From: Malacoraja senta
Taxonomy: Eukaryota
Direction: 5' to 3'
NCBI GenBank assembly: GCA_038087875.1
Contig: CM075995.1
Coordinates: 10,914,001 to 10,978,000, forward strand
DNA length: 64,000 nt
Positions 36,407-47,909 of the stretch are shown here, one piece after another. A program made the translations under genes and the position numbers. How positions within the stretch are numbered: the stretch's first letter is position 1; every line of letters begins with the position of its first letter. The notes beneath the pieces are model-generated. The model did no database searches and had not been told where the DNA came from. It was given only the letters and a program-made list of their open reading frames with translations.

Positions 36407-39400
36407 GTTTTACTTCGGAGTCACGTGAGTGGGCTGGAGGCAAATCAAGGCAAAAAACATACCGGCCGGTTATGTCTCACTCCGATGAGGAGGACTCTCT
36501 GCCTTAGAGCGGCAGAGCTAGCTGCCTGAGCTGCATGGAAAGGCTCATGGAGCAAATGCTCCAGCGAGACTTGCTTCGGGAGCTGGAGCAGTCTCGCCAA
36601 GGGATCTCAGGCACTCCCACATCAGTGCTCTACAATGCACTGGCCATCGCTTTCCCCTCAGCCGAGGGCAGCGTTGGTGACCAGGGCTGGGCTGGTCAGC
36701 AACAGGGGTCATTGGCTGAAGATGTCGGGAGTACGCTTGGGGTACAGGATCAGAAAGAGCTGCTGGGTGTGGAGATTCGCTACGTTGTTACACCACGAGC
36801 AGGGCGGCCGTTGCAGCCAAATCTGGCGGCCAGCATTACCCACCTGTCCCTCAAACCCCTACAAAATCAGGGGGGGTATGTTGGACAGAGTATCCGGAGC
36901 CAGAAGCTAAAATTACAACGCATCCTCAAGCTCCTGATAACAGGGATAACATCCTATGCTCGTTCCGTGGATGGGGTGGATATGACCACAAACCAGCAAG
37001 ACACTCTGGCTCTGCTGTGCAACACCCAATATGAGATAAACAACCTCCGCAAGGAGAGAATAAGACCTGCCCTCAATCCCAGGTTTGCAGGACTGTATAA
37101 AACACCGGCCTCAGAGCCGCAGATCCTGTTATTTGGAAGGACAAGTGAAAGACCTGGAGGAAGAGTCCAAAGCATTTGGCCTCATGAGGGCAGGACCCGG
37201 AACGAGCAGACCCACACAAAAAACCAGACGGCAGTCCCCCACCGCGTCCACCAGTCGAGGTCAAATTTATGGAACTGGTGAAAGCTCGGGGTCCGCATAC
37301 TATCCCCGAAAGCCTTTTTAGGCCAGGGCCCAGAGCGGACCCCATGGAAAATGCGCCACCCCCAATCAGCAGTACATCCAGCAGTACAACGACAGATGAA
37401 CAAACGGAAGAAAGGAACACTACCATAACTATGGAGGTAGGTGGGTCTGGTTCCTACCAGCATGTAAAAGTGGGGGAACTGTACTAACAGGGGGGAGATT
37501 ACACCTGTTCATTGAAGCATGGAGGTGTCTCACGAATGATAGTTATATACTTAACAGTATTCGGGGATACAAAATAGAGTTCATTCAAGAAAACATGCCA
37601 CCAGTTCAGCACGTACCCCAAAGGGTCTTTACCCTCTCAGTCAAAGAGAAACTAGAGGCTCAAGCAGAACTGGTGAGGTTACTTACAAAGGGTGTCATTG
37701 AGAAATCCAAACATGAACCTTTGGAATTTGTCTCAAATATATTTACCAAAAGCAAAAAAGATGGTGGGTGTCGCATCATCATTGACTTAACTTCACTAAA
37801 TTCCTTTGTTAAGTATGTACATTTCAAAATGGAAACATTTGTAACTGCCAAACAACTGATTTCCAAAGGATACTTTATGGCAAGCATTGATTTAAAAGAT
37901 GCCTACTATTCAGTACCCATTCATAAGGGTCATCGCAGATACCTGAAATTTACCTGGATGGGGCAACTATGGCAGTATAAAGCGTTGCCTAATGGGTTGA
38001 CATCAGCCCTAGACTATTTACCAAGATATTAAAACCAGCCTTGGCAACATTAAGGAAACAAAGACACATTGTCATGGCATATCTTGATGATATCCTAATA
38101 GTAGGCAAAACCATGGAGTTGGCTAAATCAGCTGTATTAGCTACCAAACAATTGTTTGAAACCCTGGGTTTTGTCACACATCCAGATAAATCTAAGTTGA
38201 CGTCATCCACAACTATGGACTATCTGGGATTCACAATTAACTCAGTCCACATGTCTGTAACGTTGCCAAAAGGTAAAGCAGCAGAATTGGCACAGATGTG
38301 CAACAATTTAATGGTAAGCAATCGACCAACCATCCTACAAGTGGCAAGAGTAATTGGCAAAATGGTAGCAGCATTTCCAGCTACACAATTTGGACCCCTG
38401 CACTATCAGCACCTACAAAGGGCTAAAGTACAGGCGTTGAAACGACATGCAGGTCACTTTGACCGAACCATGAAACTACCCATTGAAGCAATATCAGAGT
38501 TACAATGGTGGATAGAACACATTTGGCATAGTTCCAGCCCTATCATCATCAATAACCCAACGTTAACTATACAAACAGATGCCAGTGCTCAAGGCTGGGG
38601 AGCAACTAAAACCATATCCAGCACAGGTGGTAGATGGACTAACCTAGAATCATCTTTACTACAAACACTGGGCATAAATTATTTGGAAATGTTGGGTGCG
38701 TTTTATGGTTTAAAAGCATATTTTAGGAATATGCACCATTTGCATGTTCGTTTACAAATTGATAATATCACCATGTACCAATGTATGTTCCTTGGGAACC
38801 ACACCCTGAGGCAGCAGCGATAGATGCATTCGCGCTGAACTGGGGGACCTATTTCTTCTATGCTTTTCCCCCCTTCTGCCTTAATCTGTAGGGTACTATG
38901 CAAAATACAGATGGACTCTGCTTCAGGTATTTTGATAGTACCAACTGGCCTACACAGCCATGGTTCCCAGTGGTCCTCGACATGGTCATCGAAACTCCTA
39001 TGATCTTTCCCAGTAGCCCAGACCTATTGACGCACCCTGTATCAGGCATAAGTCATCCATACCATGACAAAATTAACCTACTGGGTTGCAGATTATCAAA
39101 AGACCACTGCTGGGACTGGGCTTGTCTGACAGGACCATCAACATGATGACACCGTATGTCCACCAGGAAACAATACCTATCGAGCATCAGGAAGTGGGAA
39201 AGATACTGCTCGACTACTGGGACAACGTACTCATCTGCAACCATAACCAATGTACTGGAGTTCCTGGGGGGCCTTCACCATAATGAAGGATTGAGCTACA
39301 TCGCCATCAATACTGCCAGACGTGCGCTGCCAGCCTACTTAAAACAGGTGCCAGGACAACAGGCCATAGGGTCTCACCCGCTGGTGATCAAACTCAGGAG

Positions 39401-40545
39401 GAGTATAGTCAACTCCAACCCTCTTAGACCTAGGTATACCCAAATCAGGGATGTCAGTGTGGTCCTGACATATCTAAGGGGATGGTCCCCAGCCAGGTCT
39501 CTCACCCTGGAAAAGCTAACCCTGAAAACGGTCATGCTGATGCCACCAGTCTCAGCACAAAGAGTCCAGTCCCTCCACTTACTGCGACTGGACAACATGG
39601 TTATAACACCAGACCGGGTCTCATTCACCATTCAGGAGCTGCTAAAGCAGAGCAGACCAGGAACTTGAGTCCTAGTTATGGATTTCCGGGCATACCCACC
39701 TGACCTACGGTTGTGTGTCATGACTCACTTATTCACTTACATCAACACAACAAGAGATTCTGGAGGGAGAAAAAAGGAAGAAAAAAAAAAAAAAAGCCTT
39801 ATGGGTCAGCCACAAGAAACCTCATGGTTGGCTGTCGAGCCAAACCATCTCAAGATGGATCAAGCAGGTACTGGGAGCTGCTGGAGTAGATACTGATGTA
39901 TATACATCTCACTCCACCAGGGCAGCATCCACATCGGCGGCTAAAAGAATGAACATGGAGAAAACGTTCCAAACGTTCTACAACAAGCCACTAGCAGAAC
40001 CTGTGTTATTTGCAGAAAGAGTTTTAGAATCTGCAAAAATATATAATTTAAGCCCGGGGGAGCATTTTGTCTTTTGTTATTGTTTAATAGATACCATTAT
40101 TGTTTACAAACAGATTATGATTGATTACGATAACATACTTCCTCCCTTGAATGACTTCGGCAGCGAGTGAAGTATGAACTGTTACACGGTTTGAAATCAC
40201 AGAGCTTTAAAATCTTCACGTAGTCACTCACGTGACTCCGAAGTAAAATAGTAAGATTAAACGAGAACTTACCAGTTTGAAGTTTGATCTGTATTTTATG
40301 AGGAGTTACGATGAGGGATTACGTGCCCTCCGCTCCCACCCTCAATTATTGATCAACTGGTATCTTAGTTCTCCTTTTCTTTACTATGTTTATTTCAATT
40401 ATTGTGTTTCCTGTGATTCCACACCGCTGTTTGAAGAATGTCGCGCATGCGTGCTGGACGGGCTCTTCACGTAATCCCTTATCGTAACTCCTCATAAAAT
40501 ACAGATCAAACTTCAAACTGGTAAGTTCTCGTTTAATCTTACTAT
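36407..40545 (+). mobile_element. DIRS1-like retrotransposon (gag, RT/RNase H, MT-like, YR), frameshifted, 5' ITR mostly deleted
   Basis: SIDLKDAY, LPNG, YLDD, QTDAS, INYLE; AIDAFALNW...YAFPPF near 38815-38880; YR QRVQSL and SHSTRAAS. ICR at about 40200-40325 and 3' terminus at 40440-40545. Confidence 0.93.
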
Positions 40546-40962
40546 TATCCACTTTGGTAGCAAATACAGGAAGGCAGATTACTATCTAAATGGCGTCAAG
40601 TTGGGAAAAGGGGAGTACAACGAGATCTGGGGGTCCTTGTACATCAGTCTATGAAAGTAAGCATGCAGGTACAGCAGGCAGTGAACAAAGCGAATGGCAT
40701 GTTGGCCTTTATAACAAGAGGAATCAAATATAGGAACAAAGAGGTCCTTCTGCAGTTGTACAGAGCTCTAGTGAGACTACACCTGGAGTATTGTGTGCAG
40801 TTTTGGTCCCCTAATTTGAGGAAGGACATTCTTGCTATTGAGGGAGTGCAGCGTAGGTTGACAAGGTTAATACCCGGGATGGTGGGACTGTCATATGCTG
40901 AGAGAATGGAGCAGCTGGGCTTATATACTCTGGAGTTTAGAAGGATGAGAGGGTATCTCATT

Positions 40963-41277
40963 GATTGCTTACAAAAACTATTTGTTTTTCTCTTTTCCCT
41001 CTTTCTCTTTCTTCTTCTTTTCTAGGGTCTATTTCTTAACTTTTTTTCTTTTGTTTTTAATTTTGTTCTTATAGGGTCTTCGTTCTTTCTTGTTGTCACG
41101 TTTTCTACACTTTCACCTTTTCCTTCACTTTCTTCTTTCTCTCAATCTCATCCTTTCCCTTTACTAGTGTAAAAAACAAACGGAGTACATTAATTGTACG
41201 AAGATATATGTGACGAGTACTAATGTATGTGGTTGTAATGTAATGTACTTCTAATAAATAAAATTAAAAAAAAAAAA
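40963..41277 (+). mobile_element. L1/Tx1-like 3' UTR plus poly(A) insertion
   Basis: T-rich tract ending tacttctaataaataaaattaaaaaaaa, the same terminal motif as 16676-16725. Confidence 0.7.
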
Positions 41278-41652
41278 GAAACATATAAGATTGTTAAGGG
41301 TTTGGACATGCTAGAGGCAGGAAACATGTTCCCGATGTTGGGGGAGTCCAGAACCAGGGGCCACAGTTTAAGAATAAGGAGTAAGCCATTTAGAACGGAG
41401 ACCAGGAAACACTTTTTCTCACAGAGAGTGGTGAGTCTGTGGAATTCTCTGCCTCAGGGAGGCAGGTTCTCTGGATGCTTTCAAGAGAGAGCTAGATATG
41501 GTTCTTAAAAATAGCGGAGTCAGGGGATGTGGGGAGAAGGCAGGAACGGGGTACTGATTGGGGATGATCAGTCATGATCACATTGAATGGCGGGTGGTGC
41601 TGGCTCGAAGGGCCGAATGGCCTACTTCTGCACCTATTGTCTATTGCCTATT

Positions 41653-43803
41653 GAAAGATATGCAATAAAGTAACTATGATAAAGGAAACATGCCATTGTA
41701 AGTTGTTTGTAGGGTGAAAATGAGAAGCTAGTGCAACTTGGGTGGGGGAGGGATAGAGAGAGAGGGAATGCCGGGGCTACCTGAAGTGAGAGAAATCAAT
41801 ATCCATTCCACTGGGCTGTAAATATGAGATGCTCTTCCTCCAATTCACTGACAATGGAGGAGACCGAGGACAGAAAGGTCTGTTTAGGAATGTGAAGGAG
41901 AATTAAAGTGTGCAGCAATCGAGAGATCAGGTTGGGTCAGGCGGGCTGAGCGAAGGTGTTCCACCTGAAACGATCGCCCGGTCTGCGTTTGGTGTCGCCG
42001 ATGTATAAGAGTCCACATCTTGAACAATGGATACAGTAGATGAGGTTGGAGGAAGTGCAAGTGAACCTCTGCCTAACCTGAAAGGACTGTTGGGGTCCCT
42101 GGACAGAGTCGAGAGAGCAGGTATAGCGACAGGTGTTGCATCTTCTGCGGTTGCAGGGGAAGGTACATGGGGAGAGGGTGGCTTGGGTGGGAAGAGATGA
42201 GTTAACCAAGGAATTGCGGAGGGAATGGTCTCTGCGGAAGGCGGAAAGGGGTGGAGATGGGAAAATGTGGCGGGATCCCATTGGAGGTGGCGGGGATTTT
42301 GGAGGAATATGTTTGGCTGCGACGTCTGATGGTGTGGAAGGTAAGGACTAGGGGGACTCTGTCTCTGTTGCGACTAGGGGGAGGGGGAGCAAGGGCGGAG
42401 CACCGATGCGACGAGTGAGGGCCTCATCTACGATGGGAGAGGGCTAAAGAATGAGGACATCACCCCGTTGCCTGAAGAATGAGGACATCTCGGATGTTCT
42501 AGTATGGAACACATCATCATGGGCGCAGACGCGGCATAGATGGACGAATTGGGAGTAGGGGATATAGTGACTAAACGTCCATATCAGATGAGGGAGTGGG
42601 GGCTCGGCAAGCGGAAGTCATTAAAGTGACGAAGGCATTGTGAGGTATCTTGGATATAGGTTGGGAGGGATTGGACCATGGAGGATAGGATTGAGTCGAG
42701 GTACGTGGAAATAATTTCCGTGGGACAGGAGCAGGCAGAAACAATGGGTCTGCCAGGGCAGTTGTGTTTGTGGATTTTGGGGAGAAGGTAAAAACGGTCT
42801 GTGTGGGATTGGGAAACGATAAGGTTGGAGCCTGTAGAAGGCAGACAGCCAGAAGTGATGAAATCAGTAATGGTGTTTGAGATTAAGGCCTGGATCTCAT
42901 CAGTGGGATCATGGTCCAAGGATAAGCAGGTGGATGTGTCTGTGAGTTGTTGCCTGGCCTCAGCCCGGTCGAGGTCACTGCACCAGACTACCACGCCACT
43001 CCCTTGTTGGCGAGTTTGATTATAATGTCAGGGATGCTGCAGAGTGAGCGGAGGGCTGTATGTTCAGAGGGGATGAGGTTGGAGTGGAAAGGTTGAGACA
43101 TTAGATGTCCTCCATTGAGGACAGACCATTTCATATCAGAAAGGGGGAGGTCAGGGGGGGATGATGAAGACACGACAAGGGTGGGGGTTGGGGTCAGAGG
43201 AGGGCCGGGGAGTGGAGAAAGGCCAAGGCGAGGTCTAATCGGGGGATGGTGGGTGTTCAGACAGGAGGTGGGTGTGAGGACTATTGTATGGGTGGGGTGT
43301 GGTCGGTGTAACCTGGTTAAAAGAGGGGGAAGGGGAAGACCCACCACTACTGAGGTTCCCTGTAGGAGGGGGAGAGCAGTAGGACGCAGCAGAGTCAGAC
43401 CACGTGCTGTCGGAGTCTGCATCGTGGACGTTGTGGGCCTGGTGCTGAGCCTGGAACTCAGGTGAGGTGACGGCACCAGCCCACTGGTGGGGCAGTGGAG
43501 AGGCGAGGGTCGGCGGGTCGCTGCTGGAGGTCCGTGGGGGGTTGGAGTAGAGATACGGGTCTGTGGCAACACCAACGGTGGCCCCGGGGCAACAATGAAG
43601 GTCGGTGACAGCGGCGGCGGTGGCCCCAGGGAGGTGGTGAGAGTCGACAGCCGCAGATGTTTCGGTGATCCAGGCCTGGGTATGGTCGGCAAGACGGTGA
43701 AGGTCGGAGAGGCGCTGGATCGTCTGCTCTACCTATTACTTGCCTGGCTTTGTCCGACCAACTCATCTAGCTTTCTTTCACCAACTACAATTAGCCTGAA
43801 GGG
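41653..43803 (-). mobile_element. Penelope-like element (RT plus GIY-YIG, degenerate) with an inverted terminal-repeat piece at 43730-43803
   Basis: FYLLPKIHK...PGRPIVS and YIQDT in 42584-42994. FTCTSSNLIYCIHCSRC..YIGDT in 41937-42281. Confidence 0.88.
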
Positions 43804-43931
43804 TAACACACTCTTTTCACAAAGGATTGCCATATTAACCTTTGTGTCTGAGGGTCTTTCTCCATCACCATACTCAGGAGGAGTTTGGAACCATCGAGCC
43901 AATTTTCATTCTTCACTTGCTGAATGACTTT
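43801..43931 (-). pseudogene. NLR-like receptor exon (second half of the N-terminal death-fold-like domain), truncated by Penelope
   Basis: Acceptor ttctttgcag|AAA. Reads KVIQQVKNENWLDGSKLLLSMVMEKDPQTQRLIWQSFVK, resembling the SSKLLLSLVMEKGSRARRVMWETFVK-type motif I recall from elasmobranch NLR proteins. Phase 0 matches the upstream exon. Confidence 0.72.
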
Positions 43932-43949
43932 CTGCAAAGAATAACAATG

Positions 43950-44650
43950 AAGATATTGATGAGTAACTGGCTGGAGTTTTTATGGACATCTGCAACGTCT
44001 CATTACTAAAGTCCTAGGTTCCCACCTGCTTTAATAGAGCATCAATAATACTGGTGTCCAAGCGAGTAAAGTGACACACCTCAATGACTATTGAGCGGTG
44101 GCATGAATATCTGTGATGATCAACTCCTACCTTAGCAAGAACCTGGACCATAGCAAGAATTTGCCTACTACAAGAATGGATCAACAGAAGATGTGATCTC
44201 GCTGGCTCGCCACTTTGTGGTAAACCACTTGGACAATAAAAACACTTACGTCATCGATTATAGCTCAGCATTCAACACCTCATTTTGCTTGGGCAGCTCA
44301 AAACCCAGTGGTATGAGTATTGATTTCTCTACCTTCAAGTAAACCTTGCTTTCCCTCTCTCTGTGCCTCCCCCACCCTAGTTCTCCGACTAGCTTCCCTG
44401 TCCTCCTGATTAATTTTACTGTTTGTATGCCTCATTGTCACTTTCCCCACAGCCAACAATGCACCATTCTACATTTCCTTGATCATCTGCTTTGATCTGT
44501 TGTTTTCACACCTAACCCTTCTATATCTCAAGTTTCCCTCTCCCATGACTCTCATTCTGAAGAAGGGTCTCGACCCAAATGTCATCTAATTCTTCTCGCC
44601 AGAGTTGCCGCCTGTCCCGCTAAGTTACTCCAACATTTTGCATCTTTCTG
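43950..44650 (+). mobile_element. Degenerate Rex RT fragment followed by a Penelope 3' end and terminal repeat
   Basis: Rex-like gttcccacctgcttt...cctcaatgacta. The terminal repeat has ctgaagaagggtctcgaccc at 44557. Confidence 0.6.
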
Positions 44651-44689
44651 CAGTGTAAACCAACATCTTACATATTCCTTAAACAGTCA

Positions 44690-46270
44690 GTGGAGAGTCC
44701 GACTTGAGGAGGGACCATACTGGATCATGTATTGGGAAACAAGCCTGGCCAGGTGACTGGTGTTAAGATGGAAGAGCATTTTGGAGATGGTGACCACAAC
44801 TTTTAAGATTGTTTTCAATAGGGACAAGTCTGAATGCTGCGGGAAGGTACTTAATTGGGTAAAGCAGATTAAAATGTCATTAGGCAAGATCTCGGGAGGT
44901 AGATTGGGAACAGTTGTTATTGGGTAAGTGCACGTGGCATGTTGGAGTCATTTAGGGCAGTTGATCAAAGTGGAGGATCAGCATGTTCCAGTAAGGAGGA
45001 GGAGGAATAAGGACGGCGAGTTAAGGGAACCGTGGTTGACCAAGGAGATTGTAAACTTGGTCAGGAAGGAAAATGAAGCACATGTCAGATTTAAGAAGGT
45101 GGCATCAGATGGGGCCTATATAAAGCAAGCAAGAAAGAATGCAAGTGGGCCAAAAGCAGCCACAAAATGTAATTGTTGAGTTGGATTAAGAAAAATCTCA
45201 AGGCTTTTTATACATAAGTAAAAACCAAGGGGGTGAACAGGGAAATGGCAGGACATGGCAAGATGTAAGCGAGGTATTAAGCCAGTACTTTACATCTGTA
45301 TTCACTGAGGAAGACTTGGAGGATAGCGAGATCAGTGTGGAGAATACAAATTTACTGGGGCAGTTAGAGATCGAGAGGTGAAGGTGCTGAGGCTCTTGAA
45401 GAGCGTTGAGTGGATAAGTCCCCAGGGACTGATGGGATCTATCGCAGGTTATTGAGGGAGGCAAGAGAGGAGATTGCGGGGGCCTTGATGAGGATCTTCG
45501 TTTTTTCTTTACCCACAAGCGAGGTCCCACAGGATTGGAGAGTGGTCAATGTTGTTCCTTTGCTTAAGAAGGGAAGTAACAAGAATACAGGGAACAATAG
45601 GCTTGCGAGCCCCGTGTTAGTCGTAGGGAAACTATTGGTGAGAATTCTTCGAGATAGGATTTACTCCCATTTGGAAGCTAATTCAGGATAGCCACCAGTA
45701 CTACTTGGTACTGCAGTTTTTGGTTCTTTCCCACACTTGTTTTTTTGATGAGGTGAAGAATGAGATTGAAGAAGGTAGGGCGATGTATATGGATTTTGGT
45801 AAGGCTTTGGATAAGCTCCCTACGGTAGGCTGATCCAAAATGTTAAAATGTACAGAATTCATGAAGACTTGGTCGAATGGATTAGGAACTTGCTTATTAA
45901 TAGAAGTCAGAGGGTTGTGGTGGAAATTAGATAATCTCGGTGGAGGTCTGTGACTCGTGGAGTTTTGCATGGATCTGTGCATGGATCTGCTGTTTGAGAT
46001 ACATATAAAAAACCTGGACATAAATACAGATCAGTTCGTGAGCAAGTTTATTGATTACACCAAAATTGTAAGAGTTGCATACAGGGCAGAGAAATGATAG
46101 ATGGAATTTAAGCCAAGCAAGGAGTTGGGCTTTGGGATGTTGAATGCAAGGGGAAAGTATACACTTAATGGCAAGACCCTTAACAGCATTGACGGAACAG
46201 AGATCTTGGAATCTAAGTTCGTAGTTCATTGAAGGTGGCAGCATACATGGATCGTGTGGCAAAGAACGCA
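44690..46270 (+). mobile_element. Old degenerate CR1
   Basis: DKSPGTDGIY...PQDWRVVNVVPL in ORF 45410-45691. Confidence 0.75.
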
Positions 46271-46969
46271 TATAGATACATAGATACATAGAAAATAGGT
46301 GCAGGAGTAGGCCATTCGGCCCTTTGAGCCTGCACCGCCATTCAATATGATCATGGCTAATAATCCAACTCAGTATCCCGTACCTGCCTTCTCTCCATAC
46401 CCCCTGATCCCTTTAGCCACAAGGGCCACATCTAACTCCCTCTTAAATATAGCCAATGAACTGGCCTCAACTACCCTCTGTGGCAGAGAGTTCCAGAGAT
46501 TCACCACTCTCTGTGTGAAAAAGTTTTTTCCATCTCGGTCTTAAAGGATTTCCCCCTTATCCTTAAGCTGTGACCCCTTGTCCTGGACTTCCCCAACATC
46601 GGGAACAATCTTCCTGCATCTACCCTGTCCAACCCCATAAGAATTTTGTACGTTTCTATAAGATCAACTCTCAATCTCCTAAATTCTAGCGAGTATGAGC
46701 CAAGTCTATCCAGTCTTTCTTCATATGAAAGTCCTGACATCCCAGGAATCAGTCTGGTTAACCTTCTCTGCACTCCCTCTATGGCTATAATGTCCTTCGT
46801 CAGATTTGGAGACCAAAAACTGTGCGCAATACTCCAGGTGTGGTCTCACCAAGACCCTGTACAACTGTAGTAGAAACTCCCTGCTCCTATACTCAAATCC
46901 TTTTGCTATGAAAGCTAACATACCATTCGCTTTCTTCACTGCCTGCTACACCTGCATGCCTACTTTCAA

Positions 46970-47909
46970 CATCGGGAACGGGGGTTCCCCTCCTCTACCA
47001 TAGATGAGGCTCGCACCAAGGTCTCTGCCATACCCCGCAACACTGCTCTCTCTCCCCATCCCCCCACTCACAACAAGGGCAGAGACACCCTAGTCCTCAC
47101 CTTTCACCCCACCAGCCGTCACATACAGCAAGTGATCCTCCGTCAGTTTCGCCACCTCCAACGTGACCCCACCACTCGCCACATCTTCCCATCTCCCCCC
47201 ATGTCTGCCTTCCGCAAAGAATGCTCCCTCCGTAACTCCCTTGTCAATTCTTCCCTTGCCTCCCGTACCGCCCCCTCCCCGGGTACTTTCCCTTGCAACC
47301 GCAAGAGGTGCAACACTTGTCCCTTCACCTACCCCCTCGACTCCATTCAAGGATCTAAGCAGTCGTTCCAGGTGCGACAGAGGTTCACCTGCATCTCCTC
47401 CAACCTCATATATTGCATCCGCTGCTCTAGATGCCAGCTGATGTACATCGGTGAAACCAAGCGGAGGCTTGGCGATCGTTTTGCCGAACACCTCCGGTCG
47501 GTCCACAATAACCAACCTGACCTCCCGGTGGCTCAGCAGTTCAACTCCCCCTCCCATTCCGTATCTGACGTCTCTGTCCTGGGTCTCCTCCATGGCCACA
47601 GTGAGCAACACCGGAAATTGGAGGAAATGCACCTCATATTCCGCTTGGGCAGTCTACATCCTGGGGGCTTGAACATTGCATTCTCCAAATTCTGCTAGCC
47701 CTTGCTGTCCCCTCCCCTTCATCAGCCCTCTGGTTGTCTCCTCCCCTCCCCCAGATCTCGGGCTCCTCCTCCGCCTTTTTTCCTTTTTTCCTTTCTTCTC
47801 CCCACCCCCTATCAGTCTGAAGAAGGGTTTCGGCTCGAAACGTTGCCTATTTCCTTCGCTCCATAGATGCTGCTGCTCCCGCTGAGTTTCTCCAGCATTT
47901 TTGTGTACC
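46970..47909 (+). mobile_element. 5'-truncated Penelope-like element with open GIY-YIG endonuclease region, terminal repeat and 13-bp TSD
   Basis: ORF 47132-47698: CNRKRCNTC, NLIYCIRCSRC, YIGET, RFAEH, GLN. TSD TGCCTACTTTCAA at 46957-46969 and 47910-47922. Confidence 0.92.
47814..47845 (+). ncRNA. Hammerhead-ribozyme-like motif in a Penelope terminal repeat
   Basis: CTGAAGA-A-GGGT(TTCG)GCTC-GAAA-CGTT. Confidence 0.5.

Larger units (their letters stand above)
21936..41652 (+). mobile_element. Host CR1 ORF2 scattered over about 20 kb by nested insertions
   Basis: Pieces 21936-22105, 31498-32416, 35442-36406, 40546-40962 and 41278-41652 rejoin into a collinear CR1 (compare 57930-63297). Confidence 0.85.

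Noticed and set aside
36407..40545. RT plus recombinase plus methyltransferase as a novel prokaryote-like system (retron, DGR, phage)
   Set aside because: Domain order and ITR/ICR structure are fully explained by known DIRS1 retrotransposons.
42988..43927. Pro/Thr-rich and Gly/Val-rich ORFs
   Set aside because: Low-complexity Penelope N-terminal region and its antisense frames, not host genes.
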